DNA of 64,000 nt. It comes from Schizochytrium sp. TIO01. Taxonomy: Eukaryota > Protista > Bigyra: Labyrinthulomycetes. Position 1 is the stretch's first letter. Each line of letters opens with the position of its first letter. Positions 36,471 through 49,600 of this stretch are shown here, one piece after another. Under the pieces are notes generated by a model that saw nothing but the letters and a program-made list of their open reading frames with translations, did not search any database and was not told where the DNA came from. Location of the stretch: NCBI GenBank assembly GCA_004764695.1, contig SMSO01000004.1:1860001-1924000 (forward strand). The letters run 5' to 3'. Made by a program: the position numbers and the translations under genes.

Positions 36471-37019
36471 ATGTTACACTTGACTGAATGAGGTTCTTTC
36501 AAGAAGTTGGCTTTTTTGCCAGTCACCGTCTGTGAAGAGATAGCGGCCAGTGACATTAATCGTGAACTGGATTAGAGCGCTCGCGCGGCAATGGCCACAG
36601 CAATTCATGATAAATAACACATTGCACTACGACTTTTGCTTACGAGACGAGCTGGCTCAATGCATGCTGCTTTATATGAAAATTTGCTAATCATGGCTGC
36701 GAAATCTGCGAGTGGTTAGACGGATGTCGTCCGAATAATCTACTGCTTGCCAGGGTTCATGAAATCTGAAAAGAGATCGTTTGAGTAGTATTTTCTTGAG
36801 CGAAGAAATGTGATCTTGGCTTCGATCGATCTAATCCGAAAATGCCACAATAGCAATTCTAAAAAGTTAAATTTGATCGCATGGTACTCCAATCAAACTT
36901 TGAGATTATCCCAAAGTTATTATGGTGGTGAAAATGCATGTCAGACAGGAGAGGTTGAGTTTGGATTCGTAAAGCTGCGTATTGAAAATGTGCTTGCCAG
37001 ATCCTTTTTCTTTTGCTAA
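36471..37019 (+). pseudogene. Possible decayed ankyrin-repeat gene
   Basis: One frame with five internal stops reads MLHLTE*GSFKKLAFL, AMATAIHDK*HIALRLLL and LLIMAAKSASG*TDVVRIIYCLPG, three ankyrin-like units. It runs in frame into ORF 36810-37019. Confidence 0.45.
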
Positions 37020-39722
37020 ACTAGCTAGTGTCTAGTATCTTAATTGATATATAAGATTTTGGTTTTATTTTTTGTTTTTGAGAATGCAGAAAGATCTCCC
37101 AAAGGCAGGAAAACACGAGAGCACGGGTCACCACCACAATTACTTTGTTTTCTTCTTTCTTCTTCGTTTATTTGTTTATAATTTTAATTTTGTAAAAAAT
37201 TATAAACAACCAGGTTACATACAACATGTATCTCCTTGAGTCAACTCCCCAAACTCCACAACAAAAGTCGAGAAAGCAGTAATTGATGCCCCATTCGCAT
37301 GCTGAAGCTTCGGAAAATATCGCTCGCGTGGCAGGCAAGTGGGCCGTGCGTGAGCTATACACAGTAGCAGTGCAACGGCGAAAAGGCCTCGGATATCTCG
37401 GTTCTTCAGTTCTGCAATCCTTAACTCAGAGTTCTTATTTCCTACTTTCTTTCTACCTAACTAGCTATGTACTACTTCTAACAACGATATGAACATTCGA
37501 CAACCCGCACCCAAAAGGGAGCTAACAGCTGTACTGCGAAACAGAGGACGAACAAAACGCACACTATCGCTCTGCAAGCCTTCCTTGGACTTTCCTGATG
37601 CCCACTGCATCAAACTATCGTAAATTCATTTGATGAATTGCCTGTAACTAGTAGTTGTAATCATGTGCAACAGATCCCTTTCTAGTACTACGCAGAAGCT
37701 AGCTCGAGGATATTTGAGATGCTTTTTTATTTATTGGTTGAAGCGAGGCATTACTTTGGGCGGGAAGAGAACTTATCAAGCAAGTTCAAGTCTCTTCAGA
37801 ACCTAAGCTACCCCACCCCGACAAGGTATGGTGTGCCTTTGGGTGGCGATTCGAGGCCAAGATCATTCATTCACTTACTCGCTTGCTTAGTAACTTACTT
37901 ACTCACTCTGACTCTACAGATTTTGTTTTTTATCGAAGAAAGCAATACATGTGAATGTTGATTTTGTCATAATCAATCTATATCAAGGCTTGGTTGGCAG
38001 CACCTGCCTAAGAAAGAAGCTGCGATACCAAGAAATGGCGTTTCGTGAGACTCGCACTCGGCTCTTGAAAAACTAGGATCCGCGAAAATAAGAGGAAGAT
38101 GAGGAAAACACAGGGCGCTGACATTTTTGTTCCTACAGATGAAAAGTGATGGACGACTCTTTCTCTCTTTCTTTCTCTCTCCGTTTCTATTATTTTCTTT
38201 TTCTCTTTCTCTCCCTAGATACGGTAGAAAAGCTTTTTTCTTTTTCTTTTCTTTTAAAGCAATCTTTTTCTTTTTCTCCTGTAGAAATAAAACGAATCAT
38301 CAGAACTTTGAGAAACATACCACCACCCTACCTACCTTCCGCAAGAGCTGAGATATGGAAGAAAGGCATTTTAGATCAGTGTTTTGTAATGGTGAAAAGT
38401 AAATTGAAGAAAGTCTTAAATTATAGCTACCGCAGATATCATAGGAGTGATAAACACCTGCACGTGGGCAGTAGGTATTGTTCTGTGCAAATGGTGATAC
38501 CCTTCTGAAAGCGTGACCGAGTGGCGTCATTTTTTGAACTATTTCAAGGGATTACAATGCAGAATTTCCCATGAAGTTTGGCTTTTGCATCTTGTAATCA
38601 TGAAATTCTTACTACTGATCTACTGATTGTCCTCACAATTTTCATGAATGTAAATCTTCAAGTCCTCCCATGTGCATCCTGAAACCTCGTGAGTCTAGTG
38701 TGATTTAATAAGAAAAATCCACGAAGAATACTAGCTACTATAGTTCCTCCTTTTTAATTTTTTTAACGCAGCATGTCCTCCTAGTTAAAAAAGATCACAT
38801 ATACGATCCTTCAATAAAGCGAGATTACTATGAACACTGTCCATGATAGACAGACTGCCTAAAGAATGTCAAAAGCATAGTAAGTACCTACCTACCTACC
38901 AATGTAAAATTTGAAAGGAGCAGTCAAGAACGACACACCTACACCAAGAAAACAATTTGTTTTGTTCTATTATGTTTGGTTCTCATATCGACAGCTCATT
39001 GCATGAGGGTCAAAATGACATGAAAACTTAAGGCGGACATACATTTAGTTCTCTTTATCTGTGATACACAAGAGACATGGGTCCTGTTCTCTCAAAAAGG
39101 GTAAACGCTATGCACAAAATCTCGACCAGCTTGATGATTTACGCTTTTAGCGGCGATATGGAGAAATGATCCATTTGTTCAAATCTATGCCAGGGCACGT
39201 ATGCCAACTGAAGAGACTCTAACCCAGCATTGAGAATCAGAACATCATAATAAGCCTCTTGTGAATATGCCTCAGTATGCATCAGGCTAAGAGAAAAAAA
39301 GAGAAAAAAATTGGAAGCGCGTTTAGTACTCGAAACTCTACACCTGGGAACAACAAGATGGCACAAAGGATTTAAAATGTTTATATGAGTAACGAACGAG
39401 TTTAGATCTGTTCGCTCTAAATGCTTCATATTCAAAATGAAGCAGTTGTCTTTTTTAACTAGATAAAATTCTTAAGATTGAGATAAAGAACCTTTGATCA
39501 CAAATTCATCGTCGCCGTTCGTTAAGGTGCTATCTGCTCGCCATTGCAGAAAATGCCGAATACGCTATGACACTACACAAAGTTCAATGAATCATGCAAT
39601 ACATATCTGGCGGGCTGTAGGTTTCCGAAATTTTACTGGAGTACGAAATAAGTTTGGCAATCGGAACAAGATTTGCAAGCAGAAAAGGGGCAAAGGAAAC
39701 GAGTCAAGTCCTACGTATTTGC

Positions 39723-40676
39723 CTACTTGGTAGCAGAGGTATCGGCAACAGATGATTCTTCAGGAGTTGTCTCTACCGCCGACTTGGCCTCCTCCGCTGG
39801 CTTGTCAAGCACAGCTCGCTTAAAGCGCGTCCATGCCATGTCAGCAAAATAACGAAAAATAAGGATGCGTACAAGACGACGGTCACCTTGAAAACTCTGG
39901 GTTCCGTTTTTGATGGCTTTATCTTCCCCATTCTCACGCGCGTCCTCTTCGTCATCATCATCATCATCTGCAGATTTAGCATCTAGGTTCTTCCCTGCCT
40001 CTTCAACGTCACGCTTAGCCTGGGCTGCCCGCTTACGGCTCTCTGTAGGACGCTTCGGCAAAAGGTGATCGCCTCCCAATTGCATCAACATCCCAAAGAA
40101 CATATCACAGCCCTCATCGGTGCTAATAAACTCCTCTGCCATCGTCCAAGCGCCGCGGCGGGCTTCAAGATGCTCTTCAAAGTATACTTCACAATCTGAC
40201 CCACCATCATTACGGTATCCAGTCGCAGGAAAGTTCTCAACTTGCTCCAGGACACTACAGAGGACAACCTGGTACGCCGTCTGAAAATCATAAGTAGTAT
40301 TGAATTGAACGCGCAACTCCTCCTTGGGCATCTGAAAGCAACGTTTGCGCTCGTTCACGTCCAAATTAAGCCACCAATTCACAAATTCTGGTCCGTGCTC
40401 CTCGTAGCGCTCACGATACGTGCACATAGTGTCCTTAAGCATGCGGCGGAACTTGACACGGTCAGCCCAAACCTCGTTTTGCATAAAAGGTGGCCATGGA
40501 GAACGCTTCTCTGTGCGTCCATCATCGGTCTCAACATCAGAACAGAGTGCCATAAAGTCCTGCATGCCCATTCCCCCATGTGTAAAACCACAGCAATTGC
40601 AGCCTCCCTGGTTTACAAATTCGAACATGACGCGGTCTACCACCCATGTGTCAAGGAATCGACCAAAGAAAGCCAT
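39723..40676 (-). CDS. Hypothetical protein, 317 aa, with N-terminal GGCNCCG motif
   Basis: Clean ATG ORF with globular, aromatic-rich composition and an acidic insert. No family recognised. Confidence 0.85.
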   Translation of the reverse strand: MAFFGRFLDTWVVDRVMFEFVNQGGCNCCGFTHGGMGMQDFMALCSDVETDDGRTEKRSPWPPFMQNEVWADRVKFRRMLKDTMCTYRERYEEHGPEFVNWWLNLDVNERKRCFQMPKEELRVQFNTTYDFQTAYQVVLCSVLEQVENFPATGYRNDGGSDCEVYFEEHLEARRGAWTMAEEFISTDEGCDMFFGMLMQLGGDHLLPKRPTESRKRAAQAKRDVEEAGKNLDAKSADDDDDDEEDARENGEDKAIKNGTQSFQGDRRLVRILIFRYFADMAWTRFKRAVLDKPAEEAKSAVETTPEESSVADTSATK

Positions 40677-41399
40677 CGTGTGACGAAAGAGTAGGTAACG
40701 TTACGACTTGCCTTGGCCCTTGTGAAGATTTCTTTTGAGAAAAAGGCTTGTCAGAAGCTAGACAAGCAAGCCCAGAAAAGGTAACCTCGGAGCTAATTAA
40801 ATCTTCAAGCCAGGTTAATCTGCAGCGAAACCTCTCCCTTCGCGCCGAGGACACTTGCGTTCCCGAGCAGTACTGCAAGACGGGTGTTCTGATGCGAGTG
40901 ACTCCAGGCACTCGCGACAGTCTTAAGAGCTCTGCCAAGCCTTCCAAAGCGGTCCTTGCAAAGGCACAGGTACCTCCTACTTCAGGTCGTGTGCACATCT
41001 GCGACAATATTGCTATCGTTAAAGCTATATAAAGCATTAGTACCCCATGGCGTACAATAGTACAGAGGTGCTAAACATGATTCCCTTGTAACGTGCATAT
41101 TTTTATTTTTTCTCTTTCCTAGAAAAATTTGCGTTCGAAACTGGGTATGCACTACAATGCTCTTATAGAGAGCAAAAGCGCTGGATCAATGCGTAGACCG
41201 TTTCGGGCAAGGTCTCTAGTGATTACCGGTTGAATAAGTAGTTATGGGAAACTAATTGGCTTCTGGTAAGACAATCTAATTATTGTTCTATTGAACACAA
41301 AAAGAAGCAGATACTACTACCTACCCACCAAGTATTCTGCAATTTACGTAATATTATTTCTGATATATTTCTGACAGGGGTGTGGTGTTTCGATGCGGT

Positions 41400-43020
41400 A
41401 TCAACTTTGAAGAAGCTGCTGGAAAGACGGCATTGGGTATCTTACACTTCAGCTAAACTTAATGACAAAGCCTCGTTTTCAGATAACCAAACTAAGAGAA
41501 CGCTGCAGCTTATAGGAGGGGTTGTGACATTATTGTCCAGGTAGCTTTGTAAATCCCATTGCGAGTTTTAAAAGCCAGACGTTCAAAGCGGCTTCGAATC
41601 AGATCCTAGCCCTCTTCGACAACCACTCAGACAGACTTGTGTGTCACGCACATTAAACATGTCTTGCCATCTGAGATAGACAGGCCTCAACCAATACCTT
41701 TAGACTCCGAATTGTAAATAATATGCTGAGCCATGAGCGACTTCAGGTGGCATATTAGAACAGCTGTAGGAGTAGTCTCCGGTAGCTTGCTTATGTTTCA
41801 GATGATCTAACTTTGGAGACTCCAGACGAGTTTTATTGATTTAGATTGCACCCTTCGCCAATTTACCTGGGAATACTTAGTCTTTAAGCTGCAAGTGATT
41901 TGTCGATTCGGCTCCCTCAGTAAACATCTTTATCTATATGTGGCTAACGCCAATTTTCAGGCTAACTGTATCATAAGACCAGCTGACCTTGATTTGAGAA
42001 GATACTTCCAATACCCAAGTCATGCCGACTTCTGGTATTCATGCAGACCTGCCTACCCATGGCCCCATCATCATTATGGTTTCCAGAATTTACGTCATAT
42101 AGCAGACTATACTCTCTCTGGTAAAGGATCTGCTCCTTCATGATGACCTTAAGTCTTTTTTCTTTTTTTCAATCAGCAAGTGATCCAAGAATCCGTGAAG
42201 GACCAGACGAAACATTGCGACAGTTCATCAGAGTTTATCTCAAAAGCGACCCCTAAAAAAAAACAGCTAGCTTTGAGCACGCAGTGAGCACATAAACCTC
42301 AATATGCCTGTACTCGGTAGACAGATGATTGGTTCTGAAATCCAAACCCCACACAGAATATTTTCAATTACCTTGTCAGACAACGGAATCAAAATCTCTT
42401 TCACATTTTTAGATGCATCCACAAGATTCTCCGGTGCTTTCTACTTGGTCCACGACTTCTTCGGTACCATTTTATCGAGCAAAGTTTCTCCTAACAAGTT
42501 GAGAATAACTACACAAAATTGGCTTGGTTTAGTATTACTGGTAAACCTTGCAAAGCAACACTTATTGAAATGTCTGCAGCATTCAAAATTGCTTTTCGGG
42601 TACCAATAAAGAGAAAATCCATTACGGTGACGTCTTGTGAGTCTCTAGCGCTTTCGATTTGACTCAACCTCTGGGGCTGCATCGAATGGAAGCCTCGGTT
42701 GGATTCCTTCATCTCTCATCCCGAGGTCTACTCAGGATCCTCCTGGCTCTAGATCATTTGTCTGACGACCAGAACTACAACAAACAACATGAGAATGCCA
42801 AATCTCGAAACTCAATTGCCCACAGTGTTTTTAGAAATCGCCTTTGGCGCATCGTCAGTTCTTTGGATGACCTCTTTGCAACACACTTGCGATCTCGCTA
42901 ATCCTTAATTTGGCCTTCTTGAAAAGCCATCTTAGCTTGCTTTTTGGCCTCACCAGGGATCATTCATGCGGATCCAATCCTTCTCGCCTAGTGTCGCGTA
43001 GTACCCTCAAGATTGCTCAT
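41400..43020 (-). pseudogene. Possible decayed gene for a type II membrane protein
   Basis: Minus-strand fragments broken by stops and frameshifts: a basic N-terminus (KRSSKELTMRQRRFLK), a hydrophobic segment (FGILMLFVVVLVV), a stem, then globular-looking pieces (VTVMDFLFIGTRKAIL, YWLRPVYLRWQDMF). Boundaries are approximate. Confidence 0.35.
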
Positions 43021-43681
43021 CATTAGCTTTGCGCGTGACGGTTGAGTGTTTGTTTACCTATCTTGATTTTGCTTTAGTTCGTGATATCAAGCAGAAGATG
43101 TAGATCAAAGTCCTCTACCTAATGGCGAGGCAGGACGTGTAGTTGCAGTGCTAGGTATCAAACATACATCGTATAGCATTCGGCATAAACTTCTTTGAAG
43201 AAGCCTCTTTAGTCTTCTGAACTGATTCCATGCCCCGTCAAAGTTATGCGACTTTCCTCGCAACCCCTGTAGAGGATAATGCGTTAGGACACTGAATACA
43301 CTACCATCTTATATATGTTTTCTTGTGCGTGACTTCTAATTCTTTGTGAAAGATTTGGATGGCTAGCTGATGGCGATTGAATTTATTGAGAAGGATAAAT
43401 TATTTTCTTTCTCATTCTTCCACACTTTTCCAAATGGGGGAAGCGACAAGTCAAAAATAGTTTTGGCATAAGCCAAGCGCCTACACACATATATTGTGAA
43501 AGAATTTGCTACATTTGGTGATCAAGTCTTACATTGAGCAGGGCCTTATGAATTATTCACAAGTAATCCTGGACATAGCAAAATCTATATCTAATAGGCA
43601 AAAAATGCTTCTGAATTATATAATTTAATCTTTTGAGAGGAAACAACTAGAACTTTGTACGGAGCATCATTTCATGTAACA

Positions 43682-46600
43682 TTAGTTCTCTGCTGAGGTG
43701 GAGACATTTAAACTTGTAGCAGGCCTATAGACAGAGACAATGCTGTCTAGCGCACCTGCTCCAAGCAAAAGTTTATAGGGATGAAAGGAAAGACAAGACA
43801 CTGGGCCAATTCTTTGTCGTAAGAAGCCATCATGGTAGCGAATCGATGAAAGGTTTTCGCCTTGAGCATTTGCTACATGAATGAATTGGTGATGAGAACC
43901 GCTGGCGAATATTGGTGCAAACTCGTGATGAGCTAATGCAGTCATAGGCGTGCGGTGGGCAGTAAAAGAAAGTGCGGGCAACACTGACGCAGGTGTAGGG
44001 CGGGGCATTTCGTCGCCTTTGCTGCGTGCGGCGTAATACATATTAAGTTGATTTTGGTATTTGAAACTACCACCAACAAAACGACGGATATCCCAGAAAC
44101 GAACTTCACCAGAGACCGAACCGCTCACAATGGTACGACCTTCGCCGCTACTTGGCACACTGACACTAACAATCCATGAGCGATGGCTTGTACAGGTTGC
44201 CACAGTAGTAGCAAGACGGCCGCCGGCGCGAACGCGCTTATCAAAGATTCGGAGAGAGCCGTCTCCACCGCCTACAACGAAAATTGCACCATCCTCACCA
44301 CCAGCTTGAGTGCCATGGAAACCCATGTCAATTTCATTTGGAACACCTGTGCCGCCGAGACCAAGGCTTGGACCATACGCAGCAATGCTTGTAGTTCCCT
44401 CTTGTATACCAGTATCGACGCGACCTACTTCGCACTCCTTTGTAAGATCCCAAATCGCTACCGTCTGCAAAGCTCCGCCGCACAGCAAGTGACCAGAACG
44501 TTGCATGTTGAGAACCATACCAGGGCCAGATGCTCCAGCACGAAGCTCTGGAAGTGCAGTCCAAGCAGTGACAAGTCTGGCACCATTCAACTTTCCATAA
44601 TCACATCGCTCCAGTACATTCCGCCAGACACGCACTCGACCGTCATCCGAACCAACCATAAGAAACGGTTCTGCAGTTTCATTCATCCAAGTCATCGCAG
44701 TAATCCTTGCTTCTACTGGTCCGCGACTTGGCTTAGTCGGCCGCGCTGCCAAATTTGTGCTGGAATAGTTTCGCGTAGGTGGTGTGTGAGGCGTTCCAGA
44801 GTCGTAAAGTGTTAGTGGCTTCAGTTGCGATTGGATTTGCAGCTGTGACTGTAGCCTTGACTGTAAAGTTTGCTGTTGAGGTCCAAGAGGAGGCGTGGAG
44901 TATTGCCTTTGGCCTGCAGCTTCTTGAATATTTCGCTTTGCGTTTGGCATAGCAGCGATTCCTGGAGTGCCATTAGGCGCTGAAGGATCTCTACCATTTA
45001 ACCAAGGAGTTTGCATGCTGTTATTCACATCGCCAGGAACCATCGTATTTGGTTTCATGAAGCCATCGGTCTCAGAGCGAACACCAACACAAGTTTCATT
45101 GTCGAAACGATTCAAAAGACGGTTTTCTGTAGAACTTGCTTGCGCTGATGCTGTGCCATCCATGGGGTAACTCCACAAAGAGATATCCCCTGTTTGGCCA
45201 GCTACCACGACGACTGGTTCAAAAGGATGGAATAATAATTGAGAGCATCGAGCCTGCCCATGATCAAAAATAGCATGTTCCTCAAATTTGCCAGGCTTGC
45301 TCAAATCCCCTAACCACGCCCTCTGTGTTGCAGTCCATGTCTCGTCACGGTGAACGAGTAAACCAGCACCATGCTTGTTGATGCTATGAGACAGTTTATC
45401 AAGACGGCGCTGAATTCGAAGAGCTGGCATAGGTACCCGAGCCTGAGCACTATTTTCATAGTCGATGTTCAAGGATGATGAAATCGGTGAGTGGGGTGAT
45501 GCGAGCAAGTAGCTCTGGTTGCCAGGGTTGTTTTGGTATCCAAACGTGGAGCCCATCATCCCACTCCCTGCTCCATTGCCACTACTACTACCACCACTTG
45601 GAGAAGCTGAACCAGAATTCGAAGAAAGTACACCTTGAGAGATCCCTGATTGCGCAGATGTTGACCTAGAGAAGCTGCCTCCCAGGGGTCCAGCCACTGC
45701 ACTAATCACATCCTCCAGAATTTTGGGGTCTGCCTGAGGAATGCCAGCCCATTGTGCACCGCGGTACATGAGCATAATAGCTGCCTGGGCAGCTTCAGAC
45801 TTTCTTCGTTTCCAACGAACAATCGCACTTCCATCAGCACTAAGAGGATCAACTTCGTGATGCGGGCCCTCCTTTGGGATCCATGCATCATCCGAGGCCG
45901 ATGGGGTCGGCTTTGTAAACTCACGTGCACGGCGTGCATAGAGAGTTGAGACAAGGCCCAATGCTTCTAAGATATCTTCAGCAAGAATATAGATATTCTG
46001 ACGTTGCTGCGGGCCAACGCCACCTACTAGAGGTGCAGGCATACCTCCCGCCTGTTGATGTCTTCGCGTGACATCATCTGATGTCATTTGTAAATTCTGT
46101 TCGTGCCCGTTCATTCCACCGGACGCGTTAGTGTGAGAGCTGCCAACGCTGATCGTGCTACTCATTGTATTTGTACCACCGCCGCGGGGACCTCCTGAGC
46201 TGGTATACTCGCGCATTCTTGGATCGCGGCCATCCGCATGTTGTAACCCTGCATGTGATCGGATGGCCTCGATACGTTTCTGCAGTTCAATACGAACAAA
46301 CTCTACCAAAAGATTTGCAACCCGTGAGACTGCTGGAAACGGATCATGTGCTGCGAGCTGCTTGATAGTAAGCCATACATTGAGGTAAGTTTCTGTGTTG
46401 GGGCCTATTTTTTGCTTCAAGCTCTCTACAAGATTTTCCAAGGCACCCTCATCCAAATTACCGCTACTTCGTGATTGCATTGTGCGACCTTGCAGGTCTT
46501 TTAATTCGTGTACAGTGAGCTGAATAAGTGTAGCATGGCGGGGATCCACCATGAAACGAGCTAAACTTAGAACAATTTCACGACGCACGGTAGGAGATCC

Positions 46601-49600
46601 ATGGGGTAAAAGGTTGAGTAGATGGCTTGCTATAACACAATCTTGGCGTTTCGCCTCAGGTTCGCTTTCCTCAAAGCGGTGCCTTTGATCAGCAAGCATT
46701 TGTTGTTGAGCTTGCTGCTGTTGTTCTTGCTGCTGCTGTTGGTGTGCTGTTGGCCCTTGTTGTTGATATTGTGTTGAATGATGCTGTTGGCCTTGTTGTG
46801 GGTGTTGAGGGTGCTGAACTTGTCCTGCTTGAACTCCTCCTCGCCGAGCACCTTGCTGCATCTGCGCCTGCTGGTTAACATAACTATGGCCTGCTCTACC
46901 TCGACCACGGTAAGCACTTTGTACATGTGACGGCTGCTGTCGACGTTGTCCCACAGACTGAGGGCCGGTGCCAGGATTTGGCCCTACCGGCGTCACCGGA
47001 GCAGGTTCCTGAGTTCCTGTCGGTCCTACGCCTCGTGGGTAACGAGGCCCCATGAGACCACCCAGGGCTAAAAATGCTGCCTGCAAAAGCCCCACATCAC
47101 TGGTTTGATCAATCATCTGGAAGAGAGTTTCGCGTAGCCCCAACGCAATGACCCGACGGCGTGCTGCAGCATGACGTTCACATAGTTTCGATAGCACAAA
47201 GCACAACCATATTTTAAGATTCAGAAGCGCACATCTGACTTCCTCGTCTGTGGCGAGTGGGGCAAGAAGAAGTTTTCGAATGGCCTCTAATAAGGGGTCC
47301 TGGAGGCAGAGCTGCTGACCAACCGGATGTCCATCGAGAATAACACTAAGAACAAATGCCGCGCGCCTGCTGTGGCCGATCATTTGTGCCACTTCTGTGA
47401 GATCTGCAGATGAGAGAGCTTCATAAGATTTTGGAAGCTGCAGCCATTGGATTTGATTCACAAAATACTGATGGCCCCTCTCACCAGGAGGGCGAGCGCC
47501 TCCGCGGGCTCCCGCCTGTGCTGCTCCTGCCGCTGCATGCGGCGTACTAATCTCCTTGACCAGATCTGCTTGACAAGAACTATCAAGGGCCAAAATTTTA
47601 CTCCAGATGTGAATTAATACCGGGCGATTTTCTTGTGCGCTGAGTAACAGCTTGTTCACATAGGGGAAAATGCCGACGCTCAGTGCTAAAGATACTGCCC
47701 ATGAACCAAGGTTAAGAAAACGGGCCAAAAGGTCAAGAGCACGTTGACGGTGAAAAGAGCTCAATAGAACTTGCAGCACGATCGGAAGTTGTTCTGGTAC
47801 TTCTCTACGCTCGACATTTTCTCCATAGGTAAGCCAGACCTCGAATGCAGTGAGCTGATGTGCAAAGAATTCACTCTGGCGATATGTGTATGCTCTATTC
47901 TCTCCCATCCCTGTCTCTGCAGGTCGACTGCTACGGTGTTGATGCTGGAGGCCAGGCCCAGGCATCGACATAGGGCGAGCTGAATTCCAAGTGGAATTCG
48001 ACGGCGATCCTGCACGACGATCACCTACAGACACTGATCCTTCGGTAAACAAGTGAGGCATCAAGTACGGGAGTTGGGTTAGACAATTCTCGACAGCCAT
48101 GTCCCACGATTGCCACAAATGATGTTGCCAAGTGGACGGCAAAACTGGATAGGATTGAGGTGTGCAGTTAAGAGACTTGAGAACTCGTTCTGCAAGGAGA
48201 AAGTTACGGAACAGAGATGCTACGAGGATATCCTGGCGAAAGAGTTTGCGGAAGAGGCTTCTTGGAATGACTGTCCAAGCGATCGTGTCTGTGATCGCGG
48301 TGAAAATCCAGTTGAGCTCTCCGAGTGGTGTCTTTCTATCATTAAGACGCCCTGGGACATAGTCAACCATGTCCACCGTAATACCTAGCGCATCCATCGA
48401 GACACGGTGCTGCATGACGTACCAGCGCAGCGCAATCTTGATAGGTGTTGTGAGGCATGATGTGAAAATATCAGCAGGGAAATCAGGGCTCGAGGGAAGA
48501 ATCTCGTTTGGTCCACAAGAAAGAAGCACAATTATATCATTTGGCGTTGGTTCACGGCGAATTCCTGCATTACGTGCGTTTCGATTTCCCTGGCCGTCAA
48601 CGATGGGATCTCCTGGATTAACCTGCTGCGGGCTGGAGAGGTCGCGCAGAAAGTGGGGCAGTAGTAAACCCGCCGACGAGCAGTCAAACGTGTAGATAAC
48701 TGGAGTGCCAAGCCAGGACCTAAGTTCATAAACAGAAAGTGGTATGTATTGCGTGAAGTCCTCGCTAAAGACCCAGATCTCTCCGTTGGCGGTGGGCCTC
48801 GGGACGCCATGTCCATTGAAGTGAAAGAGCACGCGTTCAGACTTGGCGGCCTTTCGCAAAGTGGAGCAGAGATGTTTCATGCGGTCTCCTGAGGGGTCCT
48901 GGAGATACCTATACCTTGCCCTTGGATGCCAAAGTTCGAACTGCGATTGCAACGCAGTTGCGACCTTTTCCAATGCTCTAGACGTCGGGTAGTACTCACC
49001 AGGGTCAATCCAGCATTCCAGTCTCGCACAAGGGTCCGTCTTAACCACATCAGGCGGGTCCGTACCAATATTTAAACACAGTGCGAGGCCAACCATACTA
49101 GTCTTCATGCGTTCCCGCAGCTTCCACGATGACGGAGCAACTGCAAGTGCTTCATCATCCAGCCTCTCCTTGACCTCTTCCTCAAGCCAGGCTAGGATTT
49201 TTTTATCCTGTGCCTTAAGCCGCAACTTGCCTCCCTCCACACCTAAGTTTACGTTCATGAGATTGCTGCTGTTCACGCCATTCACGGTATTCACAGCGCC
49301 GCTGTTGGTCTGGCCAGACGCCGCCAGGTTCGCAGAACCCATTTGAGCAACAGATGCTGAGCTAGCAGAGGTGACAGAGCCCCCCCTGGGGGTACCGGAG
49401 GCAGCCTGGGAAGAGTGGTCTCCATTAGGACCACTGCCAGCAGCACCAGCACCAGCTCCGCCGGCACCAGAAGAAGAGGTGGTGGATTGGTTTGCAGCGG
49501 TCGACGAGGCGTTGATGCGGACCTGGTTGATGAGGGCGTGTACGCGGCACTCGAGGAGCTGCAGCTCAAGGTCCTCAGCAAGAGCGTACTCACCAGAGGG

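Noticed and set aside
34800-37019. RIP-like CpA-to-TpA hypermutation as the cause of the relics and the abundant CTAG
   Set aside because: A hand count over 36541-36780 gave about 13 TpA versus 23 ApT, which is not a RIP signature. High TpA elsewhere tracks microsatellites. An alignment to intact paralogues would be needed to revive the idea.
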